Positions 31,011 to 40,393 of a stretch of 53,806 nt of DNA are shown here, one piece after another. Under the pieces are notes generated by a model. That model did no database searches and was not told where the DNA came from. It worked only from the letters and a program-made list of their open reading frames with translations. The stretch is from an uncultured archaeon (GTDB lineage Archaea; Asgardarchaeota; Lokiarchaeia; Sigyniarchaeales; SOKP01): the NCBI GenBank assembly GCA_964525635.1, contig CAZGJX010000011.1, positions 1 through 53,806 on the forward strand, in the 5' to 3' direction. How positions within the stretch are numbered: position 1 is the stretch's first letter; every line of letters begins with the position of its first letter. A program made the translations under genes and the position numbers.

Positions 31011-31068
31011 AAAAAGACTCTACAAGCAATTTTAAAAAAAAAATTAGAAAAGAGAAAAAAAAATAGAT

Positions 31069-31557
31069 TTAAGGATGTTTTAAGTGTTGATCCCAAACTC
31101 CTAAGTTTTTATTCACATGAAGGAAATCGTCATATATTTGTGTAAATAAATTTTCTTCCTCAATTTGTTCCTGTAGGAACCAATTTAACATGTCATATGC
31201 ATAATATTCTTTCATTTCCTGCGCTAAATCCATTAGTCCTTTACATTTACTTGTAATATGTTCTTCATGTTTAATTGCAGCTTTTAAGGCTTCTTCAACA
31301 TTAGCATAATCTACTGGTATTGAATCGATTGTACCAAGCTCTACTTTCCCTCCAGCTTCTATAATATAAGTAAAAAATTTTATAGCATGTTTGTATTCCT
31401 CTTTTTCAGCATGTGTCTTCATAAAATCTGAAAATCCCCGCAATCCCTGTTCTGCTGCCCATGATGACATTCCTAAGTATATATAAGCAGAACGGAGCTC
31501 TTCAACAATTTGTTTATTCATCAAATCGCTTAATTCTTTCGATATAAAATTAACCAT
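31069..31557 (-). CDS. ftn: Non-haem ferritin
   Basis: Ferroxidase residues in EELRSAYIY, EEYKHA, HEEHIT, WFLQEQIEEE; start moved to the ATG at 31557, after AGGTG. Confidence 0.92.
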   Translation of the reverse strand: MVNFISKELSDLMNKQIVEELRSAYIYLGMSSWAAEQGLRGFSDFMKTHAEKEEYKHAIKFFTYIIEAGGKVELGTIDSIPVDYANVEEALKAAIKHEEHITSKCKGLMDLAQEMKEYYAYDMLNWFLQEQIEEENLFTQIYDDFLHVNKNLGVWDQHLKHP

Positions 31558-31674
31558 TTTACATACACCTTTAAAAATTCTAGATATCAATTCTTTAAAT
31601 ATATTTTTCTTATAATTTCAAAGATAAATCAATTTAATTATAATTAGATTTAAAGTAAATATCAAATATAAAAT

Positions 31675-32667
31675 TTAATTAATTACTTTCTCATATGCCT
31701 TAATTATTTTATCAATCTTTTTATTTATTTCATCATCAATAAACTTTCTAGTATTATCTTCATCAAACCAAGCCAATACTTTCTTGATTCCCTCTGAAAA
31801 AGGAATCGTTGCTTTAAAAGAAGGAACAAATTTTTTTATTTTAGAATTGTCAAATATTACACTATAGGCTTTATCCCCTAATAAATTATCTCCAGTTTCC
31901 TTATCAATTTGTGCTACAAAATCTGATGGAATATGTATAATATTTGCTTTAGTACCAACAGCATTAGCTATAATTTCATATATTTGATTCCAAGTTAAGA
32001 TTTCATCAGAAGTTATATGAAATGCATGACCTATTGCTTGGATATTTCCCATTAGACCGATAAATCCTTTGGCGAAATCATCAGCGTGAGTTACTGTCCA
32101 TAAAGACGTACCATCTCCATGAGCAAAAATCTTTTTTCTTTTAATTATCCTATCAATTATAGCATAATTATCCCAACCAGGCATAGCAATTGGAAAAACA
32201 GTATTATATGTTAAAGATGGTCTAACTATTGTAATTGGAAAATGATCCTCTTGATATTTTTTTATAAGAAATTCTTCACATGAAATTTTATCTCTACTAT
32301 ATTGCCAATAAGGATTTTTAAGCGGTGTTGACTCAGTAATTATTGGATATGTTGGAGGCTTTTGATAGGCTGAAGCACTACTAATAAAAATATATTGTTT
32401 AGTTCTATTTTTAAAAATATTATAATCAAATTTGACATCATCTATTGTGAATGCAATCCAATTTACAACAACATCGAATTTATGATCCTCTAACACTTTT
32501 TCAACAGTTCCTTTATTTTTTATATCAGCTGTGAGAAAATTAGCACCCTCCAAATTAACTTTCTTTTTACCTCTATTTAAGACATAAAGTTCCATTCCTT
32601 TTTTTAACGCTAAACGACTGCAAGCGATACTTATATTTCCAGTTCCACCAATAAATAAAATTTTCAT
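31675..32667 (-). CDS. NAD-dependent epimerase/dehydratase (extended SDR)
   Basis: MKILFIGGTGNIS Rossmann motif, FISSASAY, YSRDK (YxxxK). Confidence 0.9.
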   Translation of the reverse strand: MKILFIGGTGNISIACSRLALKKGMELYVLNRGKKKVNLEGANFLTADIKNKGTVEKVLEDHKFDVVVNWIAFTIDDVKFDYNIFKNRTKQYIFISSASAYQKPPTYPIITESTPLKNPYWQYSRDKISCEEFLIKKYQEDHFPITIVRPSLTYNTVFPIAMPGWDNYAIIDRIIKRKKIFAHGDGTSLWTVTHADDFAKGFIGLMGNIQAIGHAFHITSDEILTWNQIYEIIANAVGTKANIIHIPSDFVAQIDKETGDNLLGDKAYSVIFDNSKIKKFVPSFKATIPFSEGIKKVLAWFDEDNTRKFIDDEINKKIDKIIKAYEKVIN

Positions 32668-32801
32668 CAATGATAAACCTATATTTATAATATTATGAAA
32701 TTCCAAATTTTCAGGAATAATACATTTAATTCATTATAACTTTTAAGAAATTTCAATCGATTTAATTTAATTTTTTAATTTAAATATCCTAATTATATTT
32801 A

Positions 32802-33365
32802 ATGACGATTGATGAAATTGATAAACAAATTATAAACATTTTATTTAAAAATGGTAGAGAAAGTTTAACTACTATTGGCGAGAAAGTATAAAAAATAGAT
32901 AAAGAATCAATGAGTCATACAGGTGTTAATAAGAGAATTTCAAAATTAGGGAAAGCAGAATTATTAAGAATACAGGGTAATATTTCTATTAAAAATTTAC
33001 ATTATAATTCTTGTTTTATTCTTCTAGAAATGAAAAATTATGAGGAAACTAAAAAGATTATAATTGCTTATTCAAAATGCCTTAGAGTCTTTTTATTATC
33101 TCAAGTTAATGGTCGCTATGATTTAATAATTGGAATTGTTGGTCAAAGTATTAACATTTTACATAGATTTCTCAATAATTGTGGTCCAACAAATAAGGAA
33201 GGTATTTTACATTCAGAGATTTTATTCGTTTCTAATTTCAAAGTTCCTGAATATATGCCACTCAATCTTTTTAGCAAAGAAAGTCAAGAATGTAATTGTG
33301 GTAATGTATGTGAAAATTGTGAAGCTTTTTTAAGTGGTAAATGTGATGAATGTGGAAATTTCTAA
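32802..33365 (+). pseudogene. Lrp/AsnC regulator with C-terminal Cys cluster, interrupted by an in-frame TAA at 32889-32891
   Basis: MTIDEIDKQIINILFKNGRESLTTIGEKV*KIDKES is in frame with ORF 32910 (MSHTGVNKRISKL); the HTH spans the stop. Confidence 0.8.
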
Positions 33366-33534
33366 TTATTCTTTAGGGTTTCAATTTGAAACTTTTTTGA
33401 TGGAATTGATTTAAATTGAAGCAAAGCTTGGTCTGATTGTTTAGTTTGCTTATTTATAATAAAGCCTAGATTTCTTATACTGATTATAATATTGAGTCAA
33501 TTGTAAGATTATAAAAATTAATATTATAAATATA

Positions 33535-33792
33535 ATGATTGTTGAAGATAGATATGTTATATCAAATATAGAAGAAAGAAGAGAATTAATTTCATTGGCA
33601 CCATCAAGTAAATTCATATTATACCTTTTAAAACAAAGAGGCTCTTTAAATCGAATGCAAATTTTAAGTAAAACTTTACTTCCAAAACGAACTGTTGCTT
33701 ATGCCCTAAAAACACTCCAAAGTAAATATTTTATCAGGAAATCCAAAGATAAAAAAGATAAGCGAATTAGTATTTTTGAATCTAATATATGA
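33535..33792 (+). CDS. Small winged-helix (MarR-like) protein
   Basis: LAPSSKFILYLLKQRG...TLLPKRTVAYALKTL...DKR. Confidence 0.82.
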   Translation: MIVEDRYVISNIEERRELISLAPSSKFILYLLKQRGSLNRMQILSKTLLPKRTVAYALKTLQSKYFIRKSKDKKDKRISIFESNI

Positions 33793-33816
33793 ACTTATAA
33801 TTCTAGGGCATTTTAT

Positions 33817-34209
33817 ATGTATTCTGAAAAAGTGATGGATCATTTTAAAAATCCTCGAAATATGGGAGAAATGAAAAATGCTGATGCAATAGGAGAAGTA
33901 GGAAATCTTACGTGTGGAGATTTAATGTTCATTTACATAAAAGTAAAAGATAATGTTATTGAAGATATATCTTTTCAAACATTTGGATGTGGTGCTGCTA
34001 TTGCAACTTCAAGTATGATTACAGAGTTAGCTAAGGGAAAAAACTTAGATGAAGGATTGAAGATTAAACGAACGGACGTCGCTGATGCTTTGGATGGTTT
34101 ACCCCCTATAAAATTACACTGTAGCAATTTAGCTGCTGATGGATTACATAAAGCTATAAATATTTATCTAAAAAAAAAGAAAAATTCTAATAACAAGAAT
34201 ATAAAATAA
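33817..34209 (+). CDS. iscU: Fe-S cluster scaffold IscU/NifU
   Basis: YSEKVMDHFKNPRN, CGD, FGCGAAIA, LPPIKLHCS. Confidence 0.96.
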   Translation: MYSEKVMDHFKNPRNMGEMKNADAIGEVGNLTCGDLMFIYIKVKDNVIEDISFQTFGCGAAIATSSMITELAKGKNLDEGLKIKRTDVADALDGLPPIKLHCSNLAADGLHKAINIYLKKKKNSNNKNIK

Positions 34210-34218
34210 AAAAAAATA

Positions 34219-35145
34219 TTAAATTTCAAATAAATCTGTTGTGAGATACCTTTCACCTGTATCTGGAAGGAGAACTACTAAATTCTGATTTTCATTAAAG
34301 TCTTTAGAAGCTATATTTAAAGCGGCCCATGTTGCTGCACCAGAGGAAATACCTACAAAAATCCCTTCTAATTTAGCTAATTTTCTTGATGTATCTATTG
34401 CATCAATATATTCAACTTGAATAATTTTGTCGTATATATTAGTATTTAGAACATCAGGAATAAAACCGGCACCAATCCCTTGTATTTTATGAGGCCCTGG
34501 ACTTCCTCCTGAGAGTACAGGAGATCCCTTGGGTTCAACAGCATATATTTTTACATGCTTTCCTACTTTTTTTTTTAAAATCTCTCCTACACCTGTAATA
34601 GTTCCTCCTGTACCAATACCCGCTACAAAACCATCAACTTTTCCATCTAAATCTGTAATAATCTCCTCAGCTGTTGTTATTCGGTGAATTTCAGGATTTG
34701 CTATATTCTTAAATTGTTGTGGGATAAATACATTCCCATTATCTTTTGCTAATTCCTCTGCTTTATTAATTGCGCCCTTCATTCCTCCATCAGCCGAAGT
34801 AAGTACAAGTTCTGCACCATATGCTTTTAGAATTTTTCTTCTTTCAATAGACATACTCTCTGGCATTGTCAAAATTAGTTTATAGCCTTTTACAGCACAT
34901 ACTAAAGCTAATCCAATTCCAGTATTTCCAGATGTTGGTTCTACAATAGTAGTATCTCTATTAATTATACCTCCTTTTTCTGCAGTTTTAATCATAGACA
35001 TACAAATTCTATCCTTAACACTTGAACCAGGATTAAAAGCTTCAACTTTTGCAAAAATGTTGGGTTTTATATTTTGGCAAATTTTATTTAATTTAACTAA
35101 AGGTGTCCCACCAATTGTTTCTATTATGTTATTGTATATTTTCAT
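34219..35145 (-). CDS. cysK: Cysteine synthase A (O-acetylserine sulfhydrylase)
   Basis: NPGSSVKDR (PLP Lys), PTSGNTG, GTGGT, HKIQGIGAG, PDTGERYL; start set at MKIYNN. Confidence 0.96.
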   Translation of the reverse strand: MKIYNNIIETIGGTPLVKLNKICQNIKPNIFAKVEAFNPGSSVKDRICMSMIKTAEKGGIINRDTTIVEPTSGNTGIGLALVCAVKGYKLILTMPESMSIERRKILKAYGAELVLTSADGGMKGAINKAEELAKDNGNVFIPQQFKNIANPEIHRITTAEEIITDLDGKVDGFVAGIGTGGTITGVGEILKKKVGKHVKIYAVEPKGSPVLSGGSPGPHKIQGIGAGFIPDVLNTNIYDKIIQVEYIDAIDTSRKLAKLEGIFVGISSGAATWAALNIASKDFNENQNLVVLLPDTGERYLTTDLFEI

Positions 35146-35462
35146 TTTATAAATCACTTTATTATTTGCAATTTTGACATATTTGGTCAAAATTTATACA
35201 ATAAATGTTTTATTATTAAAGTTAATTTTATCCTATACAAAAAATATAACATTTAATCTTCAAAATTAAAAATAGTAAAATATCCCAAATATATATTTTC
35301 TGTAATATAGAGTTTTCCATCTATAAAAAGTAAAACAACTTTTATTACTAATAAATAAACCATTGAAAATTTCAATAATGTGAAAAACCAGCATAATGAA
35401 TAACCCTTCTCTTCTTTTTTAATTTATTTTTTTCTCTTTGTCGGATCGGAAGGGGAGCAACT

Positions 35463-35668
35463 CTAAAAATTCTCGACTAAAAAGCTATATTCCCCGGTAT
35501 TAGTAAAAATTAATAAGTCTAAAGGATCGTTTCTTACGGGCGAGACTTCAATATTGATATGTAGCTTTACTTCAACAAGCGTCTTTAATTCTTCTTCAAT
35601 ACAATTTGTTTCTCCAGATATATTTCTTCTTGACTTTTATTAATTCCAACAGAGATTACTTTTCCCAT
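35463..35668 (-). pseudogene. Possible frameshifted small-gene remnant
   Basis: GGGGT then ATG MGKVISVGINK; another frame continues SGETNCIEEELKTLVEVKLHINIEVSPVRNDPLDLLIFTNTGEYSF; more GC-rich than flanks. Confidence 0.3.
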
Positions 35669-35779
35669 TTACTCTACCCCTTGGTTTTCAATTTCATTTT
35701 TAAATTCTATTATTAACTTATGTATATATTAAAGCTCCTATTATTACTTAAAAATAATATAGAAGGTTCTTATCTTATT

Positions 35780-36409
35780 TTATTTCTTTGCTTTAATTAC
35801 TACAAAGGAACCTTTTCCATATCCATTTTGAACTTGTTCAATTTTATTTATAGCTGATAAAGGATGAAAAATCGTCTGACTAAAGTTAAAATTTTTGAAT
35901 TTAGCTTTGCTTAGAAAAGATATAACCTTTTCTACAGAATAAAATTCTGCTCTATTGTAGAAAACACTCGATTCTTTATGTTGTTCGTATAATTTTCCAA
36001 TTGCACTAGTTCGATCAATAAATCCTATTACAAAAACGCCCTCTGGCTTTAAAATTTTGAATATTTCTTTGAATGATACTTCTATATCATCAATAAAACA
36101 GATTGTAGTAACCATTAACACAAAATCAAATATAGAATTCCTAAATGGCAGATTTTCTGCAATAGAATCAATAGGATCTATCATTCTCTTTTTAGAGAGC
36201 ATTCTCATCTTACTAGATGGTTCCACACCAAGTTTAATACCAAGAGGAGCCGCAAATCTACCACTACCTATGCCAATCTCAACCCCATTTTTACTTTTTG
36301 GGAGTTGTTTTTTTATTGCTAGTATTTCAGATTTGTAAGCATATTTATTTCTGATGAACCATTGATCATATTTGAAAGGATATCTTTCAAAAGGTTCAAT
36401 TCTCGGCAT
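35780..36409 (-). CDS. Class I SAM-dependent methyltransferase (Methyltransf_11-like)
   Basis: VEIGIGSGRFA, AENLPF, FDFVLMVTTICF, ILKPEG. Confidence 0.9.
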   Translation of the reverse strand: MPRIEPFERYPFKYDQWFIRNKYAYKSEILAIKKQLPKSKNGVEIGIGSGRFAAPLGIKLGVEPSSKMRMLSKKRMIDPIDSIAENLPFRNSIFDFVLMVTTICFIDDIEVSFKEIFKILKPEGVFVIGFIDRTSAIGKLYEQHKESSVFYNRAEFYSVEKVISFLSKAKFKNFNFSQTIFHPLSAINKIEQVQNGYGKGSFVVIKAKK

Positions 36410-36584
36410 AATAATTGTTATAATAAGTTATTAATTTATACATTTTAGCTCTTAAATTATCTCGAATATTTAAAGAATATTATTATAGACGACATAAAAT
36501 AATTCTTTTTTGCTCTCGATCTAATATCATTTGTCTTTTAATCTCGAAAATTAGAGAAATAATTATTTTATAAGATGTTTTTTA

Positions 36585-37136
36585 TCAAATTTTATAATAA
36601 TTTAAAATTTGGGAGTCTTCAATCCAGGTCCAATGAAACATTGGTTTTTCAAATCTCTCTTTTAAATAAAGGCCATTTTCTTCCATTCTGGAATAAATAT
36701 TTTTTAAATCAATATTATAGGCTCCTCCAATGTGCGTTGCATGATATGATAAGAAGCCCCCACTTTTTAGAACTCGCTGAGATTCTTTAATTAATTCTCT
36801 TCTTTCTCTTTGATTTAATAAATGATAAATGTCATAAATTAATACGACATCAACAGATTCATCGTTCAAGAGAAATTCTATTTCACCAGAAGTTTTAATT
36901 AATTCAATATTTTCTAAGTTTTCTCTTTCAATTTTATTATTAAGCTCCTCAAGCAAACCCTCCTCATCCGAATCGAGAGCATAAATTTTACCTTCTTGAC
37001 CTATAATTTTAGATATAATTACTGTATAAACTCCTGAACCGCATCCAAAATCTAGTATCGTTTGCCCCTTCTTTATACCAACCTCTTTAAGTATAGATTC
37101 ACCTTTATTATTAATCCAATCATCAATGTTAGTCAT
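36585..37136 (-). CDS. Class I SAM-dependent methyltransferase
   Basis: ILDFGCGSG, IYALD, RVLKSGG. Confidence 0.9.
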   Translation of the reverse strand: MTNIDDWINNKGESILKEVGIKKGQTILDFGCGSGVYTVIISKIIGQEGKIYALDSDEEGLLEELNNKIERENLENIELIKTSGEIEFLLNDESVDVVLIYDIYHLLNQRERRELIKESQRVLKSGGFLSYHATHIGGAYNIDLKNIYSRMEENGLYLKERFEKPMFHWTWIEDSQILNYYKI

Positions 37137-37313
37137 TTTACTTAAAAAACCGTTAAAAAATTGCTACATTATTAAAATTTAAAATATAATTCTATTATTA
37201 GTTATTTGAAATTTTTAATAACTTTTCTAATAATTTTTCTATTAATTTATAACTTTTTAGAAAATTAATCTAGAGCGTCATAAGAATTATTAACAATTAA
37301 TAATATGAAAATA

Positions 37314-37724
37314 TTATTGGATTGAGAAAATCTGGCTTTCTTGGTGAACTTTTTTTGCCTCGTCTAATGCTTCTATTAATTCTGATAATTCTAACTTCTG
37401 TAAACCTTTCGGAACTGTAAATCTTAATGGTTTCCCGCCCAAGAGTTTCATCCATGCTTGAAAAGCGTATAAGGAAACTCCAGCGCTTTTAGCTTCTTTT
37501 ATTAATTCAAAAGGATCTGAAGGGATGCCCATTATAGCGGCATTTTTTTCTATATCCTTGGAATATGATTCCAAACCAGATGAGAACCTAAATCCTTTGT
37601 TCACGAATGCTACCAATCCTTCTTGCATAAATACAACAACTATATCTTCTTCTTTCTTCTTTTTATTCATTGCAATAATGAGGGCGCTTAGGTAAGAATT
37701 GATTGTCCCTTCTTTAATAGTCGT
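37314..37724 (-). pseudogene. DsrE/DsrF-like (DsrE2) protein, 5'-damaged and lacking the usual Cys
   Basis: Frame extends upstream of the ATG as TTIKEGTINSYLSALIIAM, then VVFMQEGL...ELIKEAK..GV.LYAF (normally YAC); overlaps the tsaA stop. Confidence 0.55.
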
Positions 37725-38481
37725 GAGGAACTCCTCTAATATGTAAAAGAAGGTGTTTATATCCTTCTAAATCTTCAATCCACCCATAATTTGCATTGTC
37801 CTTTGAATCTAAATCTTTAATATATGGTTTAATATCAAGCAATGGCGTTCCATCAAATACGTCTAAACCTGAAGTGAAGATTTTATTATCTACAATTTTC
37901 TTTATCCGAACAACGCTAAGTCCAATAAGATTTGGACGTAGAGGGGATCTACTTGCGAATATCCCCGCTTCAAGTCCATCTGTCCAAGGAGGGGATATAA
38001 TATTCTTAACTTCTTGCAATACACGATGCGTATAATAGATTACATAAATATAACGAAATTTATCAAGTTTATGAAGCCCTTCAAGATATTTGGGATCAAC
38101 AATAATTTGGAAATCAGCTTGTTCATTTTCGATTGGTTGATATGGTGCATTATCTTCATAAGGCGTATGAATAACTCCTATCCCTTTCACCTCATAAGGT
38201 TTTATGGAGTTTTCCCATTTAGGTATCAACTTTTCTTTTTTTTCTATGTTTTTAGTTAAATCTTTATATTCAATTTTTTCTGCTCTCTTTTTTGCTGATT
38301 CAAATATTTTATTCATTTTCTTAAATAATTGAATTGCATTTGTCAAATCGTGAGCTATCTCTTCCGAGATTGATCTTTTAATTTTTATAATCCATTTGTT
38401 AATTTCCTCTAAGTGTTGATTATTATGGTTAATCCAATAAGATAAAAGCTTATTAAACTTCTCAACATCTAAATCTTTTAT
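37714..38481 (-). CDS. tsaA: tRNA m6t6A37 methyltransferase TsaA/TrmO with an N-terminal helical His-rich domain; no ATG start
   Basis: IGVIHTPY, GIFASRSPLRPNLIGLS, LDVFDGTPLLDIKPY; frame stays open 45 codons upstream of the called TTG, to an ATA after GAGGT. Confidence 0.85.
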   Translation of the reverse strand: MKDLDVEKFNKLLSYWINHNNQHLEEINKWIIKIKRSISEEIAHDLTNAIQLFKKMNKIFESAKKRAEKIEYKDLTKNIEKKEKLIPKWENSIKPYEVKGIGVIHTPYEDNAPYQPIENEQADFQIIVDPKYLEGLHKLDKFRYIYVIYYTHRVLQEVKNIISPPWTDGLEAGIFASRSPLRPNLIGLSVVRIKKIVDNKIFTSGLDVFDGTPLLDIKPYIKDLDSKDNANYGWIEDLEGYKHLLLHIRGVPHDY

Positions 38482-38688
38482 ATGTATTACCTCTTTTTAT
38501 TTTATTTTTTAATTTAATTAAACGAGTTTAACTTAATTATTAAATACAATTAAATTCTTATTTATTTTATATATAATTTTAAAAGTTATTTTAAAAAACC
38601 CTTTTAATAGAAAATAGAGCTTTAAGTATGCGATTCTTGTTTAAATCAAGCTCTATTTGATTAAACGTGATTCTCTTTATTAAAAATT

Positions 38689-39030
38689 TTATATAAATTC
38701 CTCAATTTTTTCTAGAGTCTTTTCATTTACTTTTATTTTCTTTTGAAAATGTCTTTTAATTCTGTTAAGAAATCCTTTTAGTTCTGCTTCTGTTTCATAA
38801 TGTGCCATTAACCCTTTTACCCATTTGATATTCTTTTCTACTTCTTCTGGAATTCTTTCGCTATCATGTCTAGATGCATTTTGTGGGCATATCTTATGAC
38901 AATTCCCACATCTAATGCATTCTTTCATATTTATTTCAGCTTTATCTTCTATCATAGTTATAGCTCCTACAAGACATTCTTCAATACATATTCCACAACC
39001 ATTACATCTATTTTTATCTATCCAAGGCAT
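38689..39030 (-). CDS. 2x[4Fe-4S] ferredoxin-domain protein with helical C-terminal extension
   Basis: CNGCGICIEEC and CIRCGNCHKICP. Confidence 0.9.
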   Translation of the reverse strand: MPWIDKNRCNGCGICIEECLVGAITMIEDKAEINMKECIRCGNCHKICPQNASRHDSERIPEEVEKNIKWVKGLMAHYETEAELKGFLNRIKRHFQKKIKVNEKTLEKIEEFI

Positions 39031-39147
39031 ATAATACACTTCATATTAAAAATTAAAATCGATCATTATTTTTGTTTCTAATAAAGATTTATACTAAATT
39101 ATATTTAAATATTAAAAAAAACTCCATTAAGCTGTTAGATGAATATA

Positions 39148-39356
39148 TGATGTATTTTTCTTCAGCTATGAAGCGTGCATACGATTTAGGATTAATTGAT
39201 AAAAAATGGGTTAGAGATTTCTGTTGGAGCGGAGGAAATAATTGCGTTAGAAAGGAGCGATTTGAAAAAGAAGGATATGCATCACCCAATTACGTTCTTC
39301 CAGATGAGTCTGAAGATCCTAAATTAAAAAAGGTTTATAAGAATAGATATGAGTAA
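39148..39356 (+). pseudogene. 5'-truncated paralogue of the small Cys/Trp-rich protein at 41197
   Basis: SAMKRAYDLGLIDKKW...CW.GG.NC.RK.RFE; lacks the N-terminal CxWY. Confidence 0.7.
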
Positions 39357-39509
39357 TATTTTTTAAATTATTTACATAGATTTTAAAATAAAATTACTTC
39401 CAATTCTTTTTTTCTAAATCTAAGAATTTTTGTCGTTCCTCTTGAGTCATTATTGTTATTTTCACCTCAAGTTTCGCACCAAGCTCCTCTAAAGCGGTTT
39501 TTATGCTAT
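39160..39509 (+). repeat. Diverged direct repeat of 41231-41580 (offset 2071)
   Basis: Colinear alignment covering most of the small gene, the intergenic spacer and the 3' end of the DUF59 gene. Confidence 0.92.
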
Positions 39510-39534
39510 TAGATAGATAAAGAAAATCTGGCAT
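39394..39534 (-). pseudogene. 3' fragment of the DUF59 gene (duplicate)
   Basis: Encodes SIKTALEELGAKLEVKITIMTQEERQKFLDLEKKNWK, near-identical to the C-terminus of ORF 41465. Confidence 0.8.
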
Positions 39535-39548
39535 TCTTGGTTAATTAA

Positions 39549-39701
39549 TTATTTACTGTATTTTTTTTTCCATTCTGCTTGCTTTTTTGCCGGATCATCT
39601 CTTATCAGGCATTTATGATGGATAAGATCCTGACTTTCAAAGGTTTGATCGAGTAGATCATCTAATTCATCTTTAGATTTATTATCTTTCTTTTTAGACA
39701 T
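39549..39701 (-). CDS. 50-aa hypothetical microprotein
   Basis: Manual translation MSKKKDNKSKDELDDLLDQTFESQDLIHHKCLIRDDPAKKQAEWKKKYSK; clean ATG to TAA with protein-like composition. Confidence 0.6.
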   Translation of the reverse strand: MSKKKDNKSKDELDDLLDQTFESQDLIHHKCLIRDDPAKKQAEWKKKYSK

Positions 39702-40125
39702 AATAATTATACTCTTTTTAAAGATATGATATTTTAAGTTATTAAAAAGCTTTTTCCTTATAGTTTCTAACCTATTTCAATAAATTACGATTAAATGTTA
39801 TATTTTTTGTAGAATCATTTTATTTCTTTAAAATCATTTGAATATAGGGAGAAAGGGAATAGTTTTGAAAAATAAAAAATTTACTTTACAAATAACTTAA
39901 CATTTAATCTAAATTACTTAAAAAAAATAATAAAATAAAATTTGAATTCTGTTAAAAATGCTTCTAATCTAAAATGACGAGGTTAAGTTGAGAGCGTTAT
40001 ATACTTTCTCAGCTCTCTTTAATATACTTTTTAATTTTTTGTGATCTCTCAGATAATCTTTTCCATTCTAAAAATTCCTGTAAGAGATCATGTTCTTCTA
40101 AAAGAAAGATGATAGATTATAGATT

Positions 40126-40326
40126 TTAGTAGCGTAAATTTTCTCTAATTTCACCATTGGGAAGCATATTATTTGGGTGGTATTCGTTATTTTCCTCCAT
40201 TTGATACCTAATACATTCTTTATTTCCTATTAAACAATAGTCTTCAACCCATTTTGGTTCAAGTTTTCCTTGATCTGTAAAATATTTAATTGGACAACAA
40301 TAGTACCATTTACAGATCTTACCCAT
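40126..40326 (-). CDS. Small Cys/Trp-rich protein (CxWYxxCP...KWVExYC...CIRY...HP..MLPxG family)
   Basis: 66 aa; homologous by motif to 41197..41427; directly downstream of the sirtuin. Confidence 0.82.
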   Translation of the reverse strand: MGKICKWYYCCPIKYFTDQGKLEPKWVEDYCLIGNKECIRYQMEENNEYHPNNMLPNGEIRENLRY

Positions 40327-40393
40327 ATTTTAACTCAATGAAGTTTAATATTTATTATTTCATTTTAAATGATGAATTACTCTTAATAAATTT

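Noticed and set aside
33379-33399. GTTTCAATTTGAAAC resembles the ends of a CRISPR repeat
   Set aside because: Single collapsed palindrome with no array or cas genes; more likely a terminator or operator after the Lrp gene (followed by a T run)
39990-40017. GAGAGC/GCTCTC hairpin as a SECIS or ncRNA
   Set aside because: Only a 6-bp stem, no selenoprotein nearby, and it overlaps a probable gene fragment
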